Of a stretch of DNA of 59,801 nucleotides, positions 1 through 8,697 are shown in pieces. Within the stretch, counting starts at the first letter, position 1. The number at the start of each line of letters is the position of its first letter. Position numbers and translations under genes: made by a program. Origin of the DNA: Thermoplasmata archaeon (lineage in GTDB: Archaea; Thermoplasmatota; Thermoplasmata; Lutacidiplasmatales; UBA184); the NCBI GenBank assembly GCA_035502055.1, contig DATJVB010000036.1, positions 1-59,801 on the forward strand, in the 5' to 3' direction. A model generated the notes under the pieces. The model was not told the DNA's origin. It made no database searches and saw only the letters and a list, made by a program, of their open reading frames with translations.

Positions 1-390
1 GATCAGCGTCGCGACCGTCGTGTAGGACGACGCTTCGCCGATGTCCACCGCGCCGGAGCAAACCGCGAGGCGGCCCGCCCCGCTTCCGCCCTGGTTAACG
101 GAGATCACGATGTTGCTGTTGTTCTGCTGGAACTCCTTCGCGGCCTCCTGGGTGAACGGATAGACCGAGGTGCTGCCCCCGATCGTCACCGTGTACTGCG
201 CCGTCGGCGTGCCGATTCCGCCCGTGACCTGACCCTGCCACGCGACCAGCCAGAGATAGAGGGCCGCGGCCGCGGCGACCGCCACGAGGATCAAGATCAA
301 CGTGGCGACCACCGGCGACACCGCACGACCCTCACGGATCTGCTGGGCGCGTCGGCGCCGAAGCTTCGTTCGCATGTTCGTCGCTCTCAT
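1..390 (-). CDS. pstS: PstS-family phosphate-binding protein with an archaeal class III (type IV pilin-like) signal peptide; the C-terminus runs off the window
   Basis: Not in the ORF track because it is open at the window edge. Hand translation of the minus strand from ATG at 390 (alternative ATG at 375) gives MRATNMRTKLRRRRAQQIREGRAVSPVVATLILILVAVAAAAALYLWLVAWQGQ...TIGGSTSVYPFTQEAAKEF...VNQGGSGAGRLAVCSGAVDIGEASS. RAVSPVVATLILILVAV fits the archaeal pilin N-terminal consensus. GSTSVYP and GGSGAG..G.VDIG.AS are PstS/PBP_like_2 hallmarks. A purine-rich GGAAGGAAG lies just upstream. Confidence 0.7.
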   Translation of the reverse strand, partial: MRATNMRTKLRRRRAQQIREGRAVSPVVATLILILVAVAAAAALYLWLVAWQGQVTGGIGTPTAQYTVTIGGSTSVYPFTQEAAKEFQQNNSNIVISVNQGGSGAGRLAVCSGAVDIGEASSYTTVATLI

Positions 391-526
391 TTCTTCCTTC
401 CCTTCCCAACCGGTGTGGTTGTTTTCCCGCGGGGTTGGGGCCCCTTTGTCGGGCCCCGCGCCGCGGCCGAGCCATCCTGCGGGGGCGGCATATCCGTCGC
501 CGAAATAGAACCCGTAGCGCGCGCGA

Positions 527-2419
527 TTGCCGGGGAGGCGCGGTCCGCCAACGGTTGGGAGACGGGGCCCCCCGAGCCGCACCGAGATTACGAAATCTCC
601 GGGCGCGCCGCTTAACCGGGCCGGCCTTTCTCTCCGCCCGATGAACCAGGCTCCGGGGGCCGCGCCGGCGGTCCCGGGGCTCCGAGATCCCGAGCGACAG
701 CGGGACCTCCCGCGACGGCCCCCACCGGACGCGAAGCCCAAGGACCGCGCGACGCTCCGGCGGGAGTCGTCGGCGCTAGACTCCCGCTTCGTGCACCGGA
801 TGGAGGTCCCGGAGAAGGTCCTCGTCCAGGCCGAGCTCGCGTACATGCGCAACCAGCTCGACCGCGACCGCCGCACCGTCGACGTGACCTACCCGGTGAA
901 CCCCCCGTACGCGTTCGTCCACGTCGCGTTCGACGTGAAGAAGGCCGAATTCTCCTACACGGTGCTCGAGCCGTCGCTCAAGGAGGGAGAGCCGGAGAAG
1001 GTCCGCACCATCCGGGAGAAGATGGAGGCGATGATGTCCCAGGAGGAGATCCCGGTCACCGAGGGACTCAACCTCGACCACTCGCCGGAGCTCCAGGAAT
1101 ACCTCCGGAGCCGGTTCCTCTCGGTCCTGGACCTCTACGACATCGACGTCCCGGCGAAGCGTCGGCCGGTCCTCCTGTACTACCTGCTCCGGGAGTTCAT
1201 CGGCCTCGGGCGGACCGACCCGGTCCTCCGGGACCCGTTCCTCGAGGACGTGAGCTGCCTCGGCCCGGGCGTCCCGCTGTACGTCTTCCACCGGGTGTTC
1301 GGCTCGATGCGGACGAACGTCGAGTATGGCGGCGAGCTGGAGCTCAACAAGTACATCCTGCGCCTCGCCCAGATCTCCGGCAAGCACATCTCCATCTACC
1401 AGCCGATCCTGGACGCGACGCTCCGGGATGGGAGCCGGATCAACCTCACGCTCGGGACCGAGGTCACCCGCAAGGGCTCCACGTTCAGCGTGCGGAAGTT
1501 CTCCCAGGATCCCGTCTCCCCGATCGACCTGCTCCGGTTCGGGTCGGTCTCCTCCGCCCAGATGGCGTACTTTTGGACCCTCGTCGAGGCGCACCGGTCC
1601 ATCCTGATCTCGGGGGGGACGGCGAGCGGGAAGACGACGCTCCTCAACGCCATCTGCATGTTCGTCCGCCCGGAGGACAAGATCGTCTCGATCGAGGACA
1701 CCCCCGAGATCCACATCGACCACCAGAACTGGATCCAGTCGATCGCCCGGTCGGGCTACGGGATGCCCAGCGGGCTGACGGGCGCCTCCGGGATCTCCGG
1801 CATCAGCCACGGGACGATGCGGACCGCGGGGAGCGTCACGCTCTTCGATCTCCTGGTGGCGGCGCTCCGGCAGCGGCCGGAGTACGTCATCGTGGGGGAG
1901 GTGCGCGGCACCGAGGCGTTCACCCTCTTCCAGGCGATCTCCGTGGGCCACGCGTCGATGTCGACGATCCACGCCGGGACGATCGGGGAGCTCCTGCATC
2001 GGGTGGAGAACGAGCCGATGAACATCCCGAGGGTCCTCTTCCAGGCGCTCGACATGGTCGCCTTCCCGGCCCAGGTCGCGGTCCGGGACCAGCGGGTGCG
2101 CCGGGTCATGGGGATGACCGAGATCCTCGAGGTCGACGCCGGGACGAACGAGCTCCTGACGAACGACGTGTTCCGCTGGCAGCCCGGGCCGGACTCCTTC
2201 ACGTACCTGGGCCGCAGCTTCGTCCTGGAGAAGATCTCCACCACCTCGGGCCGGAGCCTGGACGAGCTGACCGAGGAGATGCGGCGCAAGGCCCGCTACC
2301 TCGAGATGATGAGCCACCTCGGGGTCACGTACTACAAGGACGTCGCCCAGACGATCGCCGCCTACTACGTGGACGCGGCCGCGGCGACCCGGCAGCTCGA
2401 GCGGCGGATCGCCCGGTAG
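527..2419 (+). CDS. Type IV filament assembly ATPase (archaeal FlaI/PilB/TadA family)
   Basis: 630-aa ORF with Walker A GGTASGKTTLLNA and the VGEVRGTEA and GHASMSTIHA motifs of secretion ATPases. It has an archaeal-type N-domain (YPVNPPYAFVHV..YTVLEPSL). The real start may be the internal ATG at 638 (MNQAPG). Confidence 0.9.
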   Translation: MPGRRGPPTVGRRGPPSRTEITKSPGAPLNRAGLSLRPMNQAPGAAPAVPGLRDPERQRDLPRRPPPDAKPKDRATLRRESSALDSRFVHRMEVPEKVLVQAELAYMRNQLDRDRRTVDVTYPVNPPYAFVHVAFDVKKAEFSYTVLEPSLKEGEPEKVRTIREKMEAMMSQEEIPVTEGLNLDHSPELQEYLRSRFLSVLDLYDIDVPAKRRPVLLYYLLREFIGLGRTDPVLRDPFLEDVSCLGPGVPLYVFHRVFGSMRTNVEYGGELELNKYILRLAQISGKHISIYQPILDATLRDGSRINLTLGTEVTRKGSTFSVRKFSQDPVSPIDLLRFGSVSSAQMAYFWTLVEAHRSILISGGTASGKTTLLNAICMFVRPEDKIVSIEDTPEIHIDHQNWIQSIARSGYGMPSGLTGASGISGISHGTMRTAGSVTLFDLLVAALRQRPEYVIVGEVRGTEAFTLFQAISVGHASMSTIHAGTIGELLHRVENEPMNIPRVLFQALDMVAFPAQVAVRDQRVRRVMGMTEILEVDAGTNELLTNDVFRWQPGPDSFTYLGRSFVLEKISTTSGRSLDELTEEMRRKARYLEMMSHLGVTYYKDVAQTIAAYYVDAAAATRQLERRIAR

Positions 2420-2420
2420 G

Positions 2421-3386
2421 GTGGGGGCGATGTGGCGAAGGCGTCGCGCCTTGGGCGAGTGGCACCCGACGGCGGAGGCCGGCCGGGAAGTCCCGTCGGC
2501 CCCGCGGCCGACGCTCCTGGTCCGGTACCGGACCTTCTGCTACCGCGTGCTCGGGCGCTACCTCGATGCGTCCGAGGGCCAGGACGTTCTCGCCGAACGG
2601 CTCCGCCAGGCGGGGGTCAACGTCACCCCGGGGATGCACCGGGCGGTCATCACGATCACGACCCTCGTCGGAGTCGCCGCCGCCGCCGTCCTGGGCGTGG
2701 TCCTCTTCGACCTCGCCCTGGGGATCCCGAATTGGTACCTCTACGCGCTCGTCCTGGTCGGGTTGACGGCCGCGTCGACGGTCGCGTCGTTCGCCTTCCT
2801 GATCAGCAGCCGCATCTCGAATCGGCGGGGGCAGCTGGAGCGGGAGCTCCCGTTCACCTTGAGCGAGCTATCGGTGCTGGCGAGCACGGGCACCCCCCCG
2901 ATCCAGCTGGTCCGCCGGATGGCCCATCGAGACCACGACCCGGCGATGACGCAGGAGTTCCAGAAGATCGTCTATAAGGCCGACATCCAAGGGAAGGACC
3001 TCATCACCGCCCTCGCGGAGACCGCGAAGGAGTCCCCCTCGAACTCGCTCCGGGAGTCGCTGTGGGACCTCGCGAACATCATCCACCAGGGCGGAAACCT
3101 CGACGAGTACCTCCGGACGAAGTCCGAGGACGTGCTGAAGCTCAAGCGACTCGGGCAGCGCGAGTTCATCGAGCAGCTGACGACGTACCTCGACATGTAC
3201 GTGAGCCTCGTCCTGATCGGGGTCCTGATGATCGCGGTCGGGGCCTACCTCATCAACGCCTTCGGGAGCACCGCCGCGGGCCTCGACGCGAACGAGCTCC
3301 TCTTGCTGCTCGCGTACGGGATCGTCCCGCTCGCGGTCGTCATGACCACGGTCCTCATCTCTGTCGCGTACGCGCGCGCCGAGTGA
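2421..3386 (+). CDS. Type IV filament platform protein, FlaJ/TadB-like, with a single T2SSF domain
   Basis: 321 aa, starting 1 nt after the ATPase stop. TM helices flank a cytoplasmic T2SSF-type helical domain (ELPFTLSELSVLASTGTPPIQLV...LWDLANIIHQGGNLDEYL). Confidence 0.75.
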   Translation: MGAMWRRRRALGEWHPTAEAGREVPSAPRPTLLVRYRTFCYRVLGRYLDASEGQDVLAERLRQAGVNVTPGMHRAVITITTLVGVAAAAVLGVVLFDLALGIPNWYLYALVLVGLTAASTVASFAFLISSRISNRRGQLERELPFTLSELSVLASTGTPPIQLVRRMAHRDHDPAMTQEFQKIVYKADIQGKDLITALAETAKESPSNSLRESLWDLANIIHQGGNLDEYLRTKSEDVLKLKRLGQREFIEQLTTYLDMYVSLVLIGVLMIAVGAYLINAFGSTAAGLDANELLLLLAYGIVPLAVVMTTVLISVAYARAE

Positions 3387-3388
3387 CC

Positions 3389-4840
3389 ATGCGGGCGGGC
3401 GGGGCGGTCGGACTCGCGCTCGCGCTGCTCCTGCTCGGGGGGGGACTCGCGAGCCCCTTCGTCGTGCCCGCGCGCGCGGTCCACCCGGCCGACGCGGGGA
3501 GCCCGATCACCATCGAGCTCACGAATCCGTCCCCGGGCTCGACCATTCGCACCGCGACGCCCACGATCTCCGCCTCGTTCTCGGACAGCGACGGGACGAT
3601 CGATGTGAACTCGGTCATCATGCTGGTCGACGGGCGGAACGTCACCGGCCTCGAGGAGGTCACGATCACCCCGACCGGGATCACCTACGCCGTGCCGATC
3701 ATCCTCAGCTTCCGGAACGGCGACCACATGGTCAACGTGACGGCCGCCGACGACTCCGGGCACGAAGCGAAGGCGTCGTGGACGTTCACCGTCAACACCG
3801 CCGCCCCGCCCCCGAGCGAGCTCTCCGGCTTCAGCCTCGAGACCCTCGTCCTCGAGATCGCGATCGGGGGAGCGATCGTCGCGGCCGGCGTCGGGGGGTA
3901 CGTCCTCTACCTCCGCCGGACGAGGAATTTCACGTTCCGGAAGTACTTCGCGACCCACCCGGTCAAGAAGGAGTACGTGACGCTCTACGTTCCGGCCGCC
4001 CTCGCCTTCGTCGTCGTCGTGCTCGGCCTCCTCTGGGTGACGACGACGCCGGGCCTTCCGTTGTTCGCGCCCGAGTACGTCGTCATGGCCGGCCTCTTCG
4101 TCGCACTGACCGCGTACGCCATCGACGCGCGGCGCGAAAAGCAGCGGATACGCACCTACGAGCGCGCGTTCGCCCAGTTCCTGTTCGAGATGGCCGACGC
4201 GATGCGGGGCGGGATCGACCCGGCCAAGGCCGTCGTCGAGCTGTCCAAGAGCAGCGCGAACATCCTTCGGAAGCCGCTCCGGATCGCCGCCGACGGGATC
4301 CTCCTGGGGAGGCCGTTCGACGAGGTGCTCCGGGACATGGTCGCTCCGATGAAGAGCCCTCTCGTCTCGCGGTACGCCCAGCTGATCACCGAGGCGTCGT
4401 CGATCGGGGGCGAGACGTCGGCGGTCGTGTACCGGGCCGCGAAGGACCTCGACGATTTCCTCAAGATCGACGTCGAGCGCGTGAAGCAGCTGATGATGCC
4501 CGTCGCGATCCTGTACGTCGCGTTTGGCGTGCTCGCCGCGGTCCTGTTCGCGCTGCTCTACATCGCCCCCACGCTCGGCTCGATCAACGTGTCGTTCTTC
4601 GGCACCAATCCGCTCGCGACGCCGGGGGTGGGGAACTCGGGCGCTTCCGGCGCGACGGTCCCGAAGCTCGACCCCACCATCCTGAAGCAGCGGTTCTTCG
4701 ATCTCCTGCTGATCGTCTCGCTGGGCACCGGGGCGATCATCGGGGCGTTCACGGAGGGGAAGGCCCGCTACGGTCTTCTCCACTCCCTCGCTCTCATGCT
4801 CGGGACCGCCGTTGCGTTCGCCATCATCTTCCCTGGGTAG
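3389..4840 (+). CDS. Second platform protein (FlaJ/TadC-like T2SSF domain) fused to an N-terminal signal peptide and an extracellular Ig-like domain
   Basis: ATG at 3389 lies in frame inside track ORF 3062..4840 and 2 nt after the upstream stop. It has a signal peptide (MRAGGAVGLALALLLLGGGLASPFVVPARA) and a beta-rich module (PITIELTNPSPGSTIRTATPTISASFSDSDG..WTFTVNT). TM helices and a T2SSF domain follow (FAQFLFEMADAMRGGIDPAKAVVELSK..ITEASSIGGETS). Confidence 0.75.
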   Translation: MRAGGAVGLALALLLLGGGLASPFVVPARAVHPADAGSPITIELTNPSPGSTIRTATPTISASFSDSDGTIDVNSVIMLVDGRNVTGLEEVTITPTGITYAVPIILSFRNGDHMVNVTAADDSGHEAKASWTFTVNTAAPPPSELSGFSLETLVLEIAIGGAIVAAGVGGYVLYLRRTRNFTFRKYFATHPVKKEYVTLYVPAALAFVVVVLGLLWVTTTPGLPLFAPEYVVMAGLFVALTAYAIDARREKQRIRTYERAFAQFLFEMADAMRGGIDPAKAVVELSKSSANILRKPLRIAADGILLGRPFDEVLRDMVAPMKSPLVSRYAQLITEASSIGGETSAVVYRAAKDLDDFLKIDVERVKQLMMPVAILYVAFGVLAAVLFALLYIAPTLGSINVSFFGTNPLATPGVGNSGASGATVPKLDPTILKQRFFDLLLIVSLGTGAIIGAFTEGKARYGLLHSLALMLGTAVAFAIIFPG

Positions 4841-4976
4841 ACGCTCGACGGCCGCCCGGAACCCAAACCGGGCCGGGCGCGGAGGCGTCGACCGGCCGGC
4901 TCGAACGACCGACGACTGGGTGCGGCCCGCTCGCCCACTCGGGGTTCGTGCGATCCGCCGTCCGGCGCCGGGGCGG

Positions 4977-5801
4977 CTAAGTGTAGACGAGCGGCGCGCT
5001 CACGCCGAGGAGGCCATCGCTGTTCGTCACGGTGAGAACGATCGAATCCCCGGAGTGGAGGCCCCCAGGGACCTCGGCGAGCTCGCCGGAATACATCGTG
5101 GTGGTTCCGCCGGACGTAACGGCCCAGCTCCACGAGACGATCGTCGCATTGCCCGACTGGAACGAGTGGCTTCCGTCCAGCACGGGGATGATCGTCAGCC
5201 CGCCTCCGGAGGAGCCGGTCTCGAGCTGGGTCACGATCGGTATCGCCGTCGGGGGGATGAACACCTTCGTGAAGTCGTTGTCGTAGTACGTGAAGGCGTC
5301 GAGCTGGACGTAGTCGGAGTCGTGCAGCACGAACCCCGGCGTGTAGGGCGAATAGTCCGCATCCGCGACGTTGAGGTCGACCCCGATGGTGATCTGGTCC
5401 CGGGCCCCGATATCGAGCTGCTCCCCGGATCCCACGACCCAGCTCTGGACCAGCCCGGTCGTGAGGTTGAGCCCGGTCGCGTTGTACCGCTCGAGCTCCT
5501 GGTGGTTGACGCTGATCGACGTGACATAGGAGGTGTCCAGCGATAGGCTCGCGAGGGTGAAGTCGAACTCGACGTAGTGGGACCCGTCCAACGACAGGGT
5601 CGGTTGCGCGTGGAGGACCACGAGCGACTCGAGGCTCCGCTCCTGGGTGACCTGCTGCTCCGCCTGCAGCTGCTTCTGGTACGACGCCGCGAACGCGGCG
5701 AACGCCGTCGCCGCCGAGACCACGATGAGCACCAGCATCAGGGCCCCGACGATCTCGGAGAGCCCCCACCGGTTGGGCCGGACGGCTCGCACCCGGCGCA
5801 T
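4977..5801 (-). CDS. Pilin-like protein with a class III signal peptide
   Basis: 274 aa. The N-terminus MRRVRAVRPNRWGLSEIVGALMLVLIVVSAATAFAAF has a basic stretch, then G, then LSEIVG and a hydrophobic helix, which is the archaeal prepilin pattern. The rest is beta-rich with NxT/S sequons and a PKD-like C-terminal module. Confidence 0.65.
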   Translation of the reverse strand: MRRVRAVRPNRWGLSEIVGALMLVLIVVSAATAFAAFAASYQKQLQAEQQVTQERSLESLVVLHAQPTLSLDGSHYVEFDFTLASLSLDTSYVTSISVNHQELERYNATGLNLTTGLVQSWVVGSGEQLDIGARDQITIGVDLNVADADYSPYTPGFVLHDSDYVQLDAFTYYDNDFTKVFIPPTAIPIVTQLETGSSGGGLTIIPVLDGSHSFQSGNATIVSWSWAVTSGGTTTMYSGELAEVPGGLHSGDSIVLTVTNSDGLLGVSAPLVYT

Positions 5802-5881
5802 CGCGCGCCGACGGGGCCGCGCACGGTTAGCCTAACCCCACGGAATCTCGGTAGCGGTACGATGTCCCCCGGACTCACCCC

Positions 5882-6547
5882 GTGGCACCATTAAACCGAA
5901 CTCTCTTCTGCCATGCCGTGGGACTTCCTGTCGAGGTGCCGGGTCTAGACACCATCATTCCCGAATTCGAGGAGGGTCGGCTCATTGTCGTGGAGAGCGG
6001 GGCCGACCCGGCCAAGAGCTATTTCGTGCGGCGCATCGCGCTCACGGCGCACCGGGAAGGGTGGCCCGTCACGTTCGTCACGAGCCGCGACCGGCGCGAG
6101 CTCGAGATGCAGCTCGCCGCCGAGGCCGGGGAGCATCCGTGGAACGAGGCGGAGATGACGATCGTGGAGCAGGACTCCGTCCGGGAGCTCGAGGGGCTCG
6201 GCGGCCTCGGGGGGCTCCTCGCGGTCGACTCGTTCTCCTTCCTCACCCTCGACACCGGGGGGCCCGCGGTCGCCCACCTGCTCCGCAACCTCCGCTCGGT
6301 GGGCCGGGACCAGCGGACGACGATCGTCCTCGCCACCGACCGGGGCATGTTCGATCCCCGGACGGCGGCGATCGTCTCCCATCTCGCCGACGGCGTGCTC
6401 GAATTCCACGCGAAGGAGGGGCCCGAGGGGCTTCTTAGGTTCATGCGCGTCCCCAAGTGGTTCGACGGGCGCATCATGGACCGCAACATCCACTACGAGT
6501 TCGACGGGAAGCGGATCGCCGTCGACCTGCGCCGTCGGGTGCTGTAG
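5882..6547 (+). CDS. RecA/KaiC-fold protein, FlaH-like, with a degenerate Walker A
   Basis: 221 aa, GTG start (alternative in-frame GTGs downstream). GLDTIIPEFEEGRLIVVESGADPAKSYFVRRIAL is the KaiC/FlaH P-loop region but reads GADPAKS. LLAVDSFSFL is Walker B-like. Confidence 0.6.
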   Translation: MAPLNRTLFCHAVGLPVEVPGLDTIIPEFEEGRLIVVESGADPAKSYFVRRIALTAHREGWPVTFVTSRDRRELEMQLAAEAGEHPWNEAEMTIVEQDSVRELEGLGGLGGLLAVDSFSFLTLDTGGPAVAHLLRNLRSVGRDQRTTIVLATDRGMFDPRTAAIVSHLADGVLEFHAKEGPEGLLRFMRVPKWFDGRIMDRNIHYEFDGKRIAVDLRRRVL

Positions 6548-6556
6548 GGAGCGGCG

Positions 6557-7600
6557 ATGGCGAAGGTCTCGTACGACCGGTACGGTCTCACCGCGAATCC
6601 GTTCCGGGACCTCGCGAGCGAGAGCCTCGAGGACGTGGAGATCTTCCACGTGCGTCTCCAGGTCGATGACGTGCTCCGGGGGGTCAAGGAGGAGGTCCTC
6701 GAGAAGGAGAACCGCGCCGTCATCGCGATCACGGGACCGTTGGGATCCGGGAAGACGCAGCGGCTCCGTCTCGCCGAGGCGGAGGGGAAGGAACGGGGCG
6801 CGTTCACGGCCCTCGTCGACGTGCCCGCTCGGTCGAAGCTCGCGGTGAAGGCGATCGCCGACGCCCTCTCCAAGGCGTCGAACGTCGGGGGATTCTCCGC
6901 CGCGCTCGGGGGACCGGCGTGGCTCCGGGAGCTCCACGGCGTCGCCGCGGGGAAGTCCGCGGAATGGGACGCCGGGCGGGCCGGGAAGGCGATCGCCCAG
7001 GCGCTCAACGAGCACGCTCCGGCGTTCCTCCTGCTCAACGACCTCCACAACCTCTCTCCCGCGGCCGAGGTCCAGCCGATCGCCCGGGTCCTCCAGGCCG
7101 TCGCCGACGCGATCCGACCGGGCGTCCTCGTGATGTTCGCCTGCTATCCGTCGTTCTTCGCCGCCCTCACGCAGGCGTACCCGGCCCTCGGCTCCCGGAT
7201 CAACCGGACCCTCGAGCTGCCGGTGATCTCCGACGACGAGGCCGGCCTCCTGCTCGCGAAGAAGCTCCTCGCGAAGCGGCTCGTCGAGGAGATGGACCCA
7301 CTCTATCCGTTCGACCGGGAGGCGGTCGAGGCGATGAACCAGGCCGCCGGCGGGAATCCCCGCCGGCTCCTCGAGACGGCCGACCGGGTCATGGAGGCCG
7401 CGGTCGCCCAGCGGGTGTACCGGATCGACGGGCCGTTCGCCCGCGCGACGCTCGAGAGCCTCGCTCCGCCGGCCCCGGCGGTCCGGCCGGTCGTTCCGAC
7501 GGCCCCCGGGAGCGGGGGGCCGGGGGCCGCCCGGGCGCCCCCGCCCGTCGCCGTCGTGGCGGCGGCCCCGCTCCGACCGGTGGTGCCGAAGGACCCGTAG
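6557..7600 (+). CDS. AAA+ ATPase, ExeA/GspA-like (ORC/Cdc6-related P-loop NTPase)
   Basis: 347 aa. The N-terminal YGLTANPF matches the ExeA-type FGL..PF motif. Walker A is GPLGSGKT, Walker B is FLLLNDLH, and GGNPRRLL is the sensor region. The C-terminal tail is Pro/Ala-rich. Confidence 0.65.
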   Translation: MAKVSYDRYGLTANPFRDLASESLEDVEIFHVRLQVDDVLRGVKEEVLEKENRAVIAITGPLGSGKTQRLRLAEAEGKERGAFTALVDVPARSKLAVKAIADALSKASNVGGFSAALGGPAWLRELHGVAAGKSAEWDAGRAGKAIAQALNEHAPAFLLLNDLHNLSPAAEVQPIARVLQAVADAIRPGVLVMFACYPSFFAALTQAYPALGSRINRTLELPVISDDEAGLLLAKKLLAKRLVEEMDPLYPFDREAVEAMNQAAGGNPRRLLETADRVMEAAVAQRVYRIDGPFARATLESLAPPAPAVRPVVPTAPGSGGPGAARAPPPVAVVAAAPLRPVVPKDP

Positions 7601-7619
7601 ACCGGATCGCCGGCGCCCG

Positions 7620-8648
7620 CTACGACGCCTTCCCGGCCGCCGGCTCCTCTTGGACCGCCACGTCGATCGCCTGCTCGGCGATGTCGGAGGCGTACCCGGC
7701 CGTCCGGGCGAGGCTGTCGACCACCGTCCCGAGGGCGAGGAGCTCCTCGCCTTTCTTCGTGGCGACCCGGTGCGAGAGCTGGTCGATGAGGCGCTGGTGG
7801 ACGACGCGGGCGTCGATCGACTCGTTCGCCGAGTCGATGTCCCGCGTGATGAAGGCGAGGAACGCCTTGTCGAGGATCGCCACGGCCGAGGCGTTCGCCT
7901 CGGCGAGATCCTTCGCGAGCTTCGGATCGAGGGTCGACTTGCCGCCCACGACCGTGGGGTAGGTCCGGGCGATGCGCTCGGCGTGGTCGCCGATCCGCTC
8001 GAGGAGCTTCGCGACCAGCCGGTGGTGGTCGATGCCGTTCGCGAGCGCCCGGCTCGCCCCGTCGGAGGGGCGCGTGTGGGCCGCGTGGAACTGCTTCGCG
8101 ACCATCCAGTAGAGGCGATCGACGTCCTGGTCGCGCTGGGAGACGTCCTGGGCGAGCGAGGCGACCCCCGTGGTCAGCGCCCCGATGGAGTCGTCGAGCA
8201 TCGCGTGGACGATGAGGTGCATCCTCCGGAGGCACTTCTCGGAGCTCAGGTCGGAGGCGTCCGACAGGTCCTGGATGAGGATCCCGTGCCGGCTCTCCTC
8301 GATCACCTCGGGGCCGATGACGAGACGGCAGAACTCCCGGGCCACCCGGCGGACGAACGGCCCCCGATCGGGCGGGAACCGGATCTCGATGAGGCCGTAT
8401 CCCGAGATGTACGCCCCGATCAGCTTCCGGAGCAGGTGGTCGCGGGCCTCCTCGCCCTTCTCCTCGAAGACCTTCCGACGAACGGACGGCTTCGCCTCCA
8501 TCCGGTGGCGCACCGACACCGATCCGTCGCTCTCGGTCTCGAGGAACAGCGTGTCCCCCGGCTTGAGACCCGCTGCCTGGACCCACCGCTTCGGCAGCGA
8601 GACGACGTAGGTCGATCCCCCGGCAAGTTGCAGTTTGCGGCCCTCCAT
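7620..8648 (-). CDS. phoU: Phosphate uptake regulator, PhoU family, with an N-terminal AbrB/SpoVT DNA-binding domain
   Basis: 342 aa. LAGGSTYVVSLPKRWVQAAGLKPGDTLFLE is an AbrB swapped hairpin. It is followed by PhoU-type helical repeats (DVDRLYWMVAKQF, ERIGDHAERIAR, ARTAGYASDIAEQA). Confidence 0.85.
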   Translation of the reverse strand: MEGRKLQLAGGSTYVVSLPKRWVQAAGLKPGDTLFLETESDGSVSVRHRMEAKPSVRRKVFEEKGEEARDHLLRKLIGAYISGYGLIEIRFPPDRGPFVRRVAREFCRLVIGPEVIEESRHGILIQDLSDASDLSSEKCLRRMHLIVHAMLDDSIGALTTGVASLAQDVSQRDQDVDRLYWMVAKQFHAAHTRPSDGASRALANGIDHHRLVAKLLERIGDHAERIARTYPTVVGGKSTLDPKLAKDLAEANASAVAILDKAFLAFITRDIDSANESIDARVVHQRLIDQLSHRVATKKGEELLALGTVVDSLARTAGYASDIAEQAIDVAVQEEPAAGKAS

Positions 8649-8681
8649 GGACGTTCTCTCCGGAGGGCCCCAGAAGCTTCC

Positions 8682-8692
8682 GGATTAAAAGG
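8682..8692 (-). promoter_or_regulatory. A/T box (CCTTTTAATCC on the minus strand), candidate TATA element for phoU
   Basis: This is the only A/T-rich stretch in the region, about 35-45 nt upstream of the ATG at 8648. Position was checked against the stop of track ORF 7650..8696. Confidence 0.35.
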
Positions 8693-8697
8693 ATAAT

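Noticed and set aside
776-4783. Antisense ORFs 776..2317 and 3245..4783 (513 and 512 aa) opposite the ATPase and platform genes
   Set aside because: They have the same Arg/Asp/Gly/Pro-rich composition and no motifs. The sense strand carries unmistakable Walker and T2SSF motifs.
527-7600. Reading the FlaI/FlaJ/FlaH-like genes as an archaellum operon
   Set aside because: There is no archaellin (FlaA/B-type N-terminus) and no FlaF/FlaG/FlaC-E/FlaX-like genes. The platform is split Tad/Epd-style, and the only pilin-like protein has a non-archaellin N-terminus.
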